A DNA stretch of 64,000 bases from Octopus sinensis (lineage: Eukaryota), in assembly GCF_006345805.1 (NCBI RefSeq), contig NC_043013.1, forward strand, positions 31,992,001 through 32,056,000. Reading direction: 5' to 3'. The first letter of the stretch is position 1. Every line of letters starts with the position of its first letter. Position numbers and translations under genes: made by a program. Below are positions 1 through 13,277 of the stretch, piece by piece. The notes under the pieces are model-generated. The model was not told the DNA's origin. It saw nothing but the letters and a program-made list of their open reading frames with translations, and did not search any database.

Positions 1-800
1 AGCATATTTGATTTTTAAATGGACAGTCTTTTCTGAAATGTATGCCCCAACATCCACAACATGAATTACAACATGGTACTCATTTTTGCTTGTACTTTTC
101 CGATCGCCATATCTGTATTCTTCAGGAGTCCTTTTCTTGAATTTTTCATACATCGTATTTCAGGTTTACCCTCCTTTGGTATTCTTCTGCCACGGACTGT
201 ATCGCTAGATCTTGATTCACTTGTTCCAATTTAGAAGAATGTTTGCCCGAATTTCTGTATGTTCGTTTAATGTAAGGCCTTGTAAGAAAATATAGCACTT
301 GAACATCTCAGGTGTAAGTTCTTTGAGTTTACTACTTTCACACATCATGTTGACTGTTCCTTTTTTCATTATATTCTAACAATCCATTTGAGTGTTAAAT
401 AGAGAATTTTTATCACCGAATATGTTAGACAATAATTCTATTGTTTCTTTAAAATAAATTTCATTGAGTTTTTGGGGCAATATGAAATTATAGTAACGTT
501 CATGCTCTAACGGAGCTAATTTTTGCAATAACAATTTGGCTGGCATTTTGTTCGTCCGATTATGATTAAAATTCTCGTGGTACTATCTGTAGTTCGATGC
601 AAAAGTTAAACCTTCCATTGGGTTATAACTGAATACACTTATTGGGTTCAAAACGCCATCTGGCGAAAACGAATTTACCACATTTTTAAATATAGCTCCA
701 ATAATTGTTGTTGTTGTTGTAGTTGTTGCTGTAGTAGTTGCTTCTGCAACTCCTATTGCTGCTCTAGTTGTTGCTTTTAAAACTGTACTATGTACATTAT
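1..800 (-). pseudogene. Degenerate Ty3/Gypsy LTR-retrotransposon gag, running off the window start
   Basis: Manual minus-strand translation across stops and frameshifts gives FSYNPMEGLTFASNYR*YHENF...KLLLQKLAPLEHERYYNFILPQKLNEIYFKETIELLSNIFGDKNSLF...FKCYIFLQGL...EIRANIL, and a CCHC-type knuckle CCGCWGIHFRKDCPFKNQIC at ~1-75. This resembles invertebrate Gypsy gag from memory. Confidence 0.8.
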
Positions 801-825
801 TCAATATGCTGTGCCACAAACAAAT

Positions 826-1124
826 TGTTAAGTAACCTACGTGGGCTTCGAAACCCTCGTCGCCAGATGCTGTAACGCAATTTGTTAGTATAAGTAAAAT
901 AACCAGACAACAGTAAATAACGAACTAACCAATCTCTTTACGAACCAACAATCAATATTCCTTGTGAAACAACCAACAGACATCTTCCGACTTCACTGCG
1001 AACTAACACGAACTTCACTCGACTCCGAACTCTAAACTCCGAACTCACTCTGATCATTACTATTTATACTTTACTCGGACCGGTCTATCTCTCGCAAGAG
1101 GGCGTCGTAGCTCTCATCACAACA
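826..1124 (-). mobile_element. 5' LTR of the Gypsy element
   Basis: The minus strand starts TGTTGTG and ends TTAACA, contains TATAAATAG (plus-strand ctatttata, ~1059-1067) and lies directly upstream of gag. A TGGCACAGC PBS-like string follows about 8 nt inside the element. Confidence 0.65.
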
Positions 1125-1205
1125 CATTCACAATGATGTGTATATATGTAGGTGCACGTGTGTGTGTAAGTGTAGTCGTTGAATACACTGAGTAGCTTTC
1201 AAAGA

Positions 1206-1402
1206 TGTACTTATTTTGTGCCTCAGGAGTAATAAACGTACATACAATAAGGTATAATATTACGTCGCACGTTCGGATGACTTCTACTGAACTCTCACCG
1301 CTACTCTGCTACTCGACTGTGGTCTCTTGACGTCTAGGCTTCTCCCGCCATATATACGTATTGGACTAGCCTACTTCATCGTCTGGGGGCGTCCACACAA
1401 CA
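1206..1402 (-). mobile_element. LTR-like fragment related to 31871-32140
   Basis: Shares cgcacgttcggatg, tattggactagcctactt and the terminal ggggcgtccacacaaca with 31871-32140. Left boundary uncertain. Confidence 0.55.
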
Positions 1403-1711
1403 TATAACAATACATGTTTGGTAAACTTAAGGAATAGAAGAATTTTTCATTAAAGTATATCTTAAAATTAATGCAGTGTTTTTTTTCGAAGAAGCATTAT
1501 AATTAACCAGAAAATAAAAAAAAAAGAAGAAAAGTTTCCTTTAATGCTTCTATTCATTTCCTTAATTCTTGTACGGATTCTTCCGGGGACTTGGAGACAT
1601 TTCCTGAACAATCTGGATTCGCCTAATTACAGAATTTTTTCATCTTCTTTGAAACATCCTATAAAATGGATAAAATAATTAGTTAAGTACCGCAGTATTT
1701 GTAACCGACTA

Positions 1712-1947
1712 TGGCGGCGAGCTGGCAGAAACGTTAGCACGCAGGGCGAAATGCGTAGCCGTATTTCGTCTGCCGTTACGTTCTGAGTTCAATTTCCGCC
1801 GAGAACGATTTTTGCCTTTCATCCTTCCGGGGTCGATTAAATAATTACCAGTTACGCACTGGGGTCGATATAATCGACTTAATCCGTTTGTCTGTCCTTG
1901 TTTGTCCTCTCTGTGTTTAGCCCCTTGTGGGTAGTAAAGAAATAGGC
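1712..1947 (+). mobile_element. SINE family A (ggcggcgagctggcagaa...aaagaaatagg), full length
   Basis: 15-bp TSD atttgtaaccgacta at 1697-1711 and 1948-1962. Homologous to copies at 50911, 53481 and 59478. Confidence 0.9.
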
Positions 1948-2822
1948 ATTTGTAACCGACTAGCTTCCTACCCCCAATATTTCACGGCTTGTATCCACAG
2001 TAGAAAGGGCTATTTATGAATTATTTATGAATTATTCCGGTAATCAAATTTTCCCTCTATGGTATAGTCAGATGAAATTGTGCACGCACAAAAAACGTGT
2101 GCACTCAGAAGGTGGAACTCGTAGATACATTGTGTATTTGAAAAAAAAACCGTCAGGTCATTTTTAAGTATTTAAAATTGGTAAATTTACCCAAGTTTTT
2201 GTAAGAGCGGAAATATATGCCATTTCTCGAAATTATTGGTTATACTTTACAAGTTAGTGTAACAAAATAATTTGTAACACTTCCCCTAATAAGACAATTC
2301 ATGTGAGTGTGAATATGTGTTGAGAAGTTACAAAGAGAGTCATATATTTTTGTCTTTTGTATGGGAAAGTCACTTTTGGATTAAAGCACGTAGATATGAA
2401 CAAACATCATTGTAGACTTTTGTCCAGCATCGCCATTTTCAGCAACATCTCGCTTTATCGTTATATCCGGTATCACAGGATGAACTTGATTTCATATCCG
2501 GAGATAGAGATAAAGAGCTTATAAAAATTACACTCAGTGATTCGTTTCTTGTCTGATCTATGTTTAAATGAGATTAATATAAGTTGTTTATATGTTCTAG
2601 ATCTTAGGTTTAAGTCCAAACCATTTACTCAATAGATTGCGTTGTTTCTCTTTGATTCCAGTGTGATTGCTTTTCTAAATACTATTTTTCCTAATCCCAT
2701 AAAGTGATTAACGAAACTTTTAATCACAACATTCTAATTTATACTATCATAACGATAACTTTCATGGTTTGTATAGCATTTGTTGCTAACTTGGTCAGAA
2801 ATTATGTTCTCTTTTCATTTTC

Positions 2823-2826
<4 letters not shown>

Positions 2827-2906
<80 letters not shown>
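2827..2906. repeat. (CT)n-(CTAT)n compound microsatellite
   Basis: Seen directly. Confidence 0.95.
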
Positions 2907-5900
2907 CCATAACTTAGTTCTACATGTAATACAAGTATATACTACTAAAATCACTATGGGCTAGTATTGGTTTCACTACAATGTTAGTATCTATTGGTTC
3001 TATATGCTATGCAAATGTGTGATTATGCATGAATTGTAATACCAGTATTTGAAATACTGTAAATCGATGAAAATAATACATTTGGAATACTGTAAATCGA
3101 TGGAATATATCAAAAAATTAATTTTAATATCTTATATTACTTTATGTAAACTTGGTTTCTGATAACCACGAAGCATAATGGTGGGACATAAGTAATTCGG
3201 CGAGACAAGTACACTGGTAAATGGTTTATTTACACAGCATGGTTAAGTAGCTGACATCTACTCCAGGGATATTTGAATCCAGAACTTAAAAGCATCTAAA
3301 ATACTGTTGTCCGAGCTTTAAACTTGTGTCCTAAAATATACACAATTATCCTTTCAATTAAAAATCCGGGTTTCTTTCCTCAGGCAAGGAATAGTCATAT
3401 TTATATTCTTTTCTACTCTAGGCACAAGTCACGGGGTCGATGAATTAGGTACCAGTTGCGCACTGCGGTCGATATAATCGATTGCCCCATCCCCCCAAAA
3501 ATTCGGACCTTGTGCCTAAAGTAGAAAAAGAATATTTTTCATTTCAGTTCATTTAGTATGTTACCTTCAGTTTTACATCAAATAAAATCAATCACAGTTC
3601 TTAATTGATTCTTATTTTATTAAGCTATTCATAGTACTCAATTAGTGATTATATAATCAGCTCCGAAATGGTGCAAGAGATTCTAGGCTAAGGAATTTGA
3701 ATTAAGCATGAAGAAAGAAAGAGCTCTTTTAATTTAAAATAGCGTACTATTTTACCATCATTCTACCAATCTTGTCAGTCTATCTCCTCCATGCATTCAA
3801 AATATTACTAGCTTTTTCCTTGTTTCATAGAATACAGAATGTGAAATCATATTATTGATTTTTATTAAACAATTAATCTTATCGCAGCTCATATAATATT
3901 CTGCAAACCGTCTAGCAATGCATAATACAGATGTAAGTTTCTTTCCATAATAACTTATTTTAGTGAAACAGAGTGTGTGTGATATGTGGCCTTTGACATG
4001 GTGAGGAGATTGAGTTGCCACAAGCGGACTCATTGCGTTTCTGCTTTTCTACATTGGAGCCGTGATGTTGTAGATTCGGAAAAAGATTCTTCTTCTGTAG
4101 TGTGTTGGTGAGCAAGATCATACGCATTCGAGCGTTTGTTTCTAACTGCCATTCGGCCTGCGTGACGAATCTGTATTTTTATATGATTCAGATTTCCGCT
4201 TTCTAGCCAATGTTAAAGAAATTGCATACTCTAAAAAGTACGCTAAATTTTTAAGTTAGACTAGTATTTCTGAACTTTCCCTCTTAATATTCACCATAAT
4301 TTCTTAAATTATTTTACTGAATCAAATATTTTAGATATCATTTCTCGTCCCTAATGATTTTCATGTCGACGTTTTTAATATATTCCAACACTGCGGGTTT
4401 TCGTCATTGTGAAACATCCCCATTTTGACGATGGGTGCTCATAATAAATCAAATCCACCAGGTCTTTGAATGAACGTGTTTTCTTTCTAACTTTTTGCAT
4501 ATTTCCTTATGCAAAGCTACCCGACTAGATCGATAAATCTAACAAGAGTATTGGTTCTTTTTCATAAAAATAGCTATTCGATAGTCACGTTCAAATTTGC
4601 CAGTACATGTGGGGAATGAATAGACACGTTATTATTTGAATCCTCATTGTCACTGCTTTGCTTGTACCTCATGAATTATTATCTGTTTGGTGCACATCAG
4701 CGCGTTTCAACAAATATTTTGTTTGCTTAACGTTATAAAAGAATGGCGGTACTCTTATAAACATGAATCTGTTTGGGTAGCTTTGACTGAAGAGACAAAC
4801 GATAAGGCGGAAGCGCCACCATATCTCGAAGATCATTTACACAGTTGAGACACGTGTTTTATGAACCTTCATCGTGTAGTGGGAGAAGATGCTCTCAACA
4901 GGAATCAGATATTCACGCCCAAATCTTCCAAACAGTATTTAACATGAAAAACAGCGTTATTGTTTCGATTATCGCCGTTCTGCAAGCACAGAAATTATCA
5001 ACCATTTAACCGACATCAGTGTACATGAACAAATAATTTTATTTTTAATCATTTTGAGGCATTCTCATTATTTATTGCCTCTTTCTAAATGTTTTTATGC
5101 TTAAATATTGTCTATTAGGGTCTCTATATTGTGTTAACATTAGAGTATGCCTAAATCATAAGAGTTTTAGAAAAATGAGATTTAATAGCATTTCGTTATT
5201 TATGCTCTATCGTGATTAATATATTTTAAATCTTCAAAGACAAGTTGACATTGCCATTTAAATAAATCACATCATTTTCGTTGGTATTTCATAAATATTA
5301 ATTTATTGTGGAGAATAGATAATGTTAGCTTCTTTCAAATATATAAAATAATACAGAATATCACAAATATTGTAAGAAATTCCCAATATACTTTACATTT
5401 TTAGCTCATAACTAATGAATTGAAACAAAATTATAAATATATTCAACACATGCAATAAAAAATTTCGATGAATCAAAATATTTAAACATTTATGAGTAAT
5501 ATATCTTGCCGTTTTTAAATAAGAGGAATTCATAGAAGTTTATGTATAAATATAACAAAAACTATGAGCCTGAGTTATTAGATATCACAATTGATCTGAA
5601 AATTAGCTGTGTCTACGCATCGGTAGTCACAACGCGCTCTTGCCATTAACATACATGTTTCAAATTGAAATGTCAATTAAGTTGCCGTTAATCATCGACA
5701 CTCCACTTTATTTGTTTCAGTACTCAGATATACACCATCTTGCTTTATAAATTCTTTCTTCAGTTTTCTTTTCATTATTTCAACAATATTTTAAAAGTAG
5801 GTTCTGCTTTTATGCTCGCAGACATTAAAGTTTACGACTGAGCTATGAAATACAAATGTACCACTATCTTCAAGAAAGCCACATTAGGACTTTAAGAAAG

Positions 5901-6699
5901 CTGCTTCAATTCCCACATTTTGTATGTTTGGAGGATATAGACAGGGTGAGCATCGGTATGAATAGAAATATTGTCTTGCAATCGTACAACACATCTCAAC
6001 AATCGTCCGAATTATTTACTTTGAATTGTAGGCCTTAGCTTGTCAGGCTGTCTCTTTCTATAAGTATTGTTTACTATTAAGCTTCTCCCATGGTAATGAA
6101 CCAGTAGTTGTTCCTTTCAAAGAACTGTTAGCATTAAATTTCTTGCTTGGCCGACTCCTGAACCTTTTTCCTGCCATTTCCATTCCATAATTTGGTAATT
6201 ACTTCTCGTGGGTTATTCCCATTTTCGTCGCTGATAACGGTTTGTAGGTGTTATTTTCAATGCTATCGAAATCCCAAAGTAGTCAATTTTAAAATAATTT
6301 GACTGTTCATATCTTCGATATAATTTTGGATCTTTTTGTATTAGATCTACTAAGTCATTTCTGAGGCGGATGATTTCTATGGCAGACTTATGACCAATTT
6401 GAAATTATTTGCAACATCATCCATTGTTATCCGTCTGTTCATAGATCCATGATACGTCGCTCGAAAACGTGAAGCTTTAAAAAGTTGTGACAAGGAAATG
6501 ACATGGATGAATGCAGAGAATATTCCGAAGATGTAGTAATTTCATATGATGCAGATACATTTAACGAATACTTTACGGAAGATGAGGAAGATTATTAAAA
6601 GTACAATTTTGGAGGGCTTTCAAATCTAGTCATACACGGTTTATTATAAAGTATAACTGAAGCATAATTAACAATGGAGTAAATGTTTTAAAATATTTA

Positions 6700-6899
6700 T
6701 GTATTTTACTCTTTTACAAGTTTCAGTCATTTGGATGCGGCCTTACTAGAGCACTGCCTTTAGTCGAAGAATTCGAACCCAGGACTTATTCTGTGTATGC
6801 CTAGTACTTACTCTATCGGTCACTGCTAACTTTCGGGGACATAAATACACCAACATCGGTTGTCAATCGATTGTGGCGTGACATAAAAAACACAAAGAA

Positions 6900-6976
<77 letters not shown>

Positions 6977-7086
6977 TTAAATTTAGGGTAGAAATTGATA
7001 TTTATCAATTAGAACCAGTGGTCTAGCATATTAAAGAAAGAATCCGAAGATTAAAATATTTATATATACCAATTAAGTCCTTAATT

Positions 7087-7123
<37 letters not shown>

Positions 7124-7285
7124 GACAGGCTTCTTTTCAATTTCCGTCTACCAAATCCACTCACAAGGTCTTTGTCGGCCCCCAGCTATAGTAGAAGAGA
7201 CTTTCCCAATGTGCCACGCAGTGGGACTGAACCCGGAACCACGTGGTTGGGAAGCAAGCTTTTTACCACACAGTCACGCCTGTAT
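6700..7285 (-). mobile_element. SINE family B (tRNA-like head, internal TA/TG microsatellite), interrupted
   Basis: Tail half ~6700-6905 and head half ~7120-7285 match the reverse complement of 22975-23370. A 118-bp insert lies between two TA arrays. Confidence 0.8.
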
Positions 7286-10200
7286 GGAAACTTTACAATA
7301 ACAGTATGATATCTAAGGTTGTAATTTAATAAAGTAACTACGATGTTTATATTATTTTTATGTTAAGAGCTTTATGAAAGAGTACAATTATCATATCAAT
7401 GTTTCAGTATTGAATTATCTGACATATTTTACCATTAGAGTGTCTACGCTCTTGTAGCGTATGTATAATGTGCCTTATCACTCTCATTTTCTGTCGCTCA
7501 AAAATACGGTCGTTAGTACATGCATATATATATTAAATGCAATATCAAATACTGTTTTCTTTGTGACCATAATTTATAAATTCTCATATTGCTGTGAATA
7601 TGTCATATGATACACTGTAGAGAATTTGCTTAATATATATGATTGACTGTTCATATAGCTTTCATAGTTTTTCGGTCAGAGTCGACAGGCAGTGTGTGAA
7701 TTATTGAAAACAGCGTGTATCGATACTTTGCAGTTATTTATTAATTCGGTTTTATATCACCTGTAATCTATTTGCGAGATATACTAAATAAGCTCGTCGA
7801 ATGCATGCTTTAATTAGAAAGAACTGTGGCAACGCACTAGAGTTGCAATAAGTGGTGCACTTTGAATACCATTCTCATTTTAAACACCTGTTTTTAAGCT
7901 GATCAAGAGTTTTAGAGGAACGATGTTCTTTTATCTTTTAAAGTTAATTTTTATATCATGATTTAGAGTAAATGTTCTTTGTTTTATCATCTCTGAAGAT
8001 GTAAGTGTCCAAATGGTACTGTCGACATCATCCAATATTTTCTTCATCGTTTGCAAATCTCAAGTTCCACTTGAAAGAGTGGTAGCTGCTATTTTCATCA
8101 AATGGGCCAGATATCTCGCAGTATTGCCTTCGACTAAAACAAAGCCCTATTCTGTAATAGCTAAAATAAAAAACAAACCTCTAATTTTAAAACGTCTATA
8201 AGTTACTAACCATTATATTCGGTTCTGAACATTTTCTGCTACAACTTTTGTCTGCAATGAATAGTTAAGAAAAAAATATTGTTTTGTTTCTCGAATTTCT
8301 AGACATAGCAGCAAAATCTCAATCATACCAGACCCTTCTGACTAAGCTTACAGAATCCTCCCCACCTTACCATGTTAAATATATGATCTTTCAGAGAGAT
8401 CAGACTAGATAGATGTAGTGAAAGTGGTATAGTTAATATTTTGGATGTTAAATTGTAGTGGGACGTTCTACCATTTTTACGGCAGTTAATTTATACTTTT
8501 ACGTGTAAGTTAAAAGGAAATATAAAGGTAGTTTGTTGGAAAGAAAATCCGTATTGAGTGACATGCTTCTTATATTTTGGGGAGATTATTATTAATATTA
8601 TGTTTTCAAGTTGAATTAATATTTTTAACAATATTATTATAATGTTAAAATATAATCTTAATTTTGTTTAGTATAATACATTTTAACAGAAAGGGATTTG
8701 AAGTTTGTAATTCGTTTCTCAAAAGAATTGTGGATTAGATGATATAAAAAGCTTCATGGGTGTTTTAAATTTATATTGCATGTCACATGCATTATATAAT
8801 GTGTTTGTGGCTTTTTTCTAATTGATTGCAATGGGAAACTTCGTGCTGAAATGTTTTGTCGCCAAAATTGATTTGTGTCAATTATTGTATTTGATTAATA
8901 TAACATTGAAAACACGAAATGAAAAGTTCAACGCAGCTGGATTTGTTCTCTTAAACCGTGCGCTTGTCATATACAAAATATATATCGTGTGTTGTTTGTC
9001 CTGGGTTTTTGTGAGTATTAAACGAATAATAGATTTAAAGGGAGAACATTTTTGCATCAATTTTAAAACTGGCAGTTATTTTATTGAACGTAAACAAATT
9101 ATGCTCTTCCTTAAACAAATAAAATTTTTAACAGAATTTTTTCATCAAATGTACAATAAAATTGAAATCGATCTTTTCCATATAATTTGAAAACTTTAAA
9201 CTTGTGACAAAAGAAAAGTGCAGGTTAGTGATTTTAAATGCAGAGAAGAATCTACTAGAAGTATAAATTGCATAATTCTATAAAAGAATTTGTAATGGAT
9301 TTGCTATGCTGAAGCTGCAATTCTACCTCTATTGTAATAAATGTCAACTTGAATATTAAGATATGTTATCCAAGTTGGAATTTTCGTTTCTGTTGTAGAG
9401 ATTCTGTAATGATATTTGCATTTGATGACTTTATATCATCAACCGTTCTGAAGACATAACAATTCCCGTGGGGTGTGTTAGAGTGTTGCATATATTCTTG
9501 TGAGAGACACAATGCGGCTGAGTAATGGCTGTATAAAGAATAAAATAACCGATGAAAGGAAAATGTATGTGTGAGTTCTATAGCTGCTTGTAAAATATAT
9601 CAGGTGGAATAGATAAAGGCTAGACGTCTAAACACATGTTACAAATTTGTGATTGATGTCCAATGTTATCTTGCTTTCGCACACAAATTTTATATTATAC
9701 AAGTGTATGCTTGTGTGTACAAGCGCACGAATATCTTTCGTTTTACAAACACCGTGTTCGGTGTATCATCGTGTACATATGGTTGTGCACGTGTATGTGT
9801 GTGTGTGTGTGTGTATGTGTGTGTGTGTGCGCGTGTGTGTGTGTGTGTGTTTGAAGCGTTGTCTGTAAACGGACTCGGATATCACCAAGTGACAAAAAAC
9901 TTCGCTTCTCATTCAGGAGATTCCCTGTTCAACCAAACTGCGTGGAATCTTGGGAACCGGTTTCTACTTTAGCCTTGGGCTGATGCAAGTATTGTCAGAG
10001 AATGTAGTTATAATAGCTAGACGTTTGTCGGGTGAAGAGGTACTATACTTGAAAGGTGGAGCTCTGTCAGGTATAATGTGGATTACACTAACAGTATATG
10101 TGTTTTTGAGGAATACTCAACCACTAACCGCGAATACAATCAATAAGAAGTTTCCCTTGATTTAACAATTGAACCACCCGTTTTATCAACACCAGCTGGG

Positions 10201-10390
10201 TTATTCTAGCGGAGATCATGTGATTGTGACACACAACACAGGTAATTTGTCTGAATACAATTTCTCCTTTATTCCTACCCTTCTCGGAGGTCCTAACAGA
10301 AAATGTCACATGGGTAATGTCTGTCATACTATGCTTACGATATTAAGAAAATAGAAAACTTTGGAAGAATGCATTATTACTTCGGCTGTT

Positions 10391-10522
10391 ATTTTAGCAA
10401 CAACAGTAGAATGTCCTTTTTACAGGTTCTTTACGTTCTGAGCCCAAATTTCGAGCTGTATTTTAGCAACAACAGTAGAATGTCCTTTTTACAGGTTCTT
10501 TACGTTCTGAGCCCAAATTTCG
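10391..10522 (+). repeat. Tandem duplication with 69-bp period
   Basis: attttagcaacaacagtagaatg...cccaaatttcg occurs at 10391-10453 and 10460-10522, identical. Confidence 0.95.
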
Positions 10523-12559
10523 CTGAGATATCTACAATCTTGTCTTTCATCTTTTCCACATATTTTCAATTTGAAAAGGGGGCGATTTAATCGACTAACT
10601 CCATTTAAATTTCTGAATTTGTGCCTGTCTTAAGAGGTAATTATTACAATGATTGTTTCCGTTTTCCCATAAATGTCATCTCCGATATTTCAACTTTACA
10701 TATTAATTGAAATTTTATTTTATAATTTAGCATTCTTGTGTTTGAAATTCAGTAATTATAGCGTGATGTTCTTCATTATTTCGAAAGCTTAAGAATTTCT
10801 ATGAGAGATTTTAAAATAATATTTATAGTCATGTAATATTTAGAACATAATTTCATAATTTTGTGTGTGTATGTGTGTGTATCAATAGATGTCTTGTTTG
10901 CTACATCGATAATGTCTCGGCGTACTTACCGAAAACAAAAAGATACGAATTCCCATTGATATTTGATAAATCAATATGATGCAGTTCTCATCGCTACTTT
11001 TCATGCCTTTAACAAGTTGGGGACCGCCATATATATATTTGACAAGTGGTTCTTACCCATGAAGTTATACATACAAGTCCCTCTATGGTTATAACTAGTA
11101 ATGAGAGTTGGGGCTGGCGGAATTACAGATCACAGATCAGGTGTTTCTAGTCATTTTTTGGCTTAGAGGAAAAATGAAAAGGTCTTATCCTTGTTTGAAC
11201 CTCCGAGTGTTGTGGGTAAAAAGGGGGAAGTTTTCCTCGAACAGTGACCTATTTCGGAAGCATGCTACAAGGCTTAACATTCAAGTTTATTTTAAATGGA
11301 GCATAGTATAAAATCTAGCGCGGCAAAATGACATAAAAACCAAATAGCCTGTCAGTTACGATTCACGGTCGTAAAAACAAAAATGAAGAGAGCTCATGGA
11401 TAATGTAATGTTTGACACATTCTATCTGAAATTGAATTAGAACAGAGCCTCTGATGATATACTTGCAATTGAGGTTTATTGGAGAGGAGTTGATCTGACC
11501 CGGTAATAAGTAAATTTTCAGTTCTGATCCAGTGGCCTAAAATTTTATGGAAGTGAAGTTAACAGAAGACTATATCTCTCTAATATTGTCCACAACCCAG
11601 AAGTAAACTGCACTTTATTCTTCAGCAGTGTTTTCATAAAAATACGTTTAGCAAAGAAATAACCTTGTGAAATACTTCGCGGTAATGGTTTTGAGATATT
11701 TTGAAGATTAAGTCTTGAAACTGTATTTAATGAACTGTTAAGAACAATAAACAGAACATAATTTATTAGAAAATTCTTTAGCCTTATGAGTAAAAGTAAA
11801 TACAGGAGAACGAAACCACTGTGATTTCATTTCAGTATAATACTATGCTGTGCATGTGTGCTATTATTTTATAATTAAGGTTTAATAGTAACAATAAACT
11901 TCAGCTTTAAAGAAAAAATAATAGGGTAGTGAGAGATGGAAAACTTCATTTATTTGACATCGTATGTTAAATTAATATATTTCAGTCGCAAATTGAAACC
12001 AGATAATGCTTTGGGCCAGACGGTAGCTTTCATTTATTCTCTCACTTATTCTCACATATTTTCATTAACTCAGCATAAGTTAAAAATAGATTTTCTTATT
12101 GTTGAATCATATCAAGATTTGTAGAGAGAAAAGTGTATATACACGAATGATTCGATTCTTGATTTTTATGTCATCGATTGTTTTAAAAATGTAAATTCAG
12201 CACCAATGGGATTTGAACACAGTATGTGCAGAGGCGTAAGTAAATAGTATTTCTCACACTGTAATGTCTTCCATTTTAGTTAATAATTCTGTATTCTAGG
12301 TTATACATACATTCATTCCACCGCTCGAGATAGAAATTTCATTGGTACCTCAAATTAATAGCAGCTTAAACGGTTATCGAAATGGCTAGGAAGAAAGGAA
12401 TTTTAATATTACATATGGATCTATTTTCAACGTAAATAGTGAAACAAGCATTTTCCATTTACTAAGCAAATAGAAACGCAGCATAAACCCCGCCACACAC
12501 ACTTACATATGCCACTCATATATACATGCCTGTATGTACATAAACACACACTGTACATG

Positions 12560-12850
<291 letters not shown>

Positions 12851-12984
12851 GTTAGAGAGATCTATCTGTCTATCTATCAATATATATATATATATAAATT
12901 TTATGGAAGTAAGTTCAGTTAACAGAAGACTATACCTATCTAATATTCTCCACAGCCCAGAAGTAAACTGCACTTTATTCTTCA

Positions 12985-13181
12985 ATCGCCATGATTGATC
13001 GCTATCCAATAAACCTTTTTTCTTATTATCTCTTTCTGTTTATATCCGTGTTATTTTCTATTGAAGAGCATAGGCTCGAAACGTAAAAGACATTCTCACT
13101 TCTCGAGCATCAAACTAACACATCCGTTTGTTGTTTACACACCCGTCTCCGTCTTTTGTTTGATTTTCTTTTGTAAATTCC

Positions 13182-13184
<3 letters not shown>
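12985..13184 (+). mobile_element. Probable Penelope-like pLTR remnant with a minimal hammerhead-like motif, ending at (TA)n
   Basis: Contains tttt-CTATTGAA-GAGC-ATAG-GCTC-GAAAC-GTA-AAAGA (13054-13090) and abuts a TA array at 13185. Confidence 0.5.

Positions 13185-13277
<93 letters not shown>

Noticed and set aside
6440-6600. Acidic short frame MDECREYSEDVV...EDEEDY
   Set aside because: Preceded by an in-frame stop, with no convincing splice acceptor or homology.
10391-10522. Short direct repeats as a CRISPR-like array
   Set aside because: Only two units, no unique spacers and a eukaryotic context; this is a simple tandem duplication.
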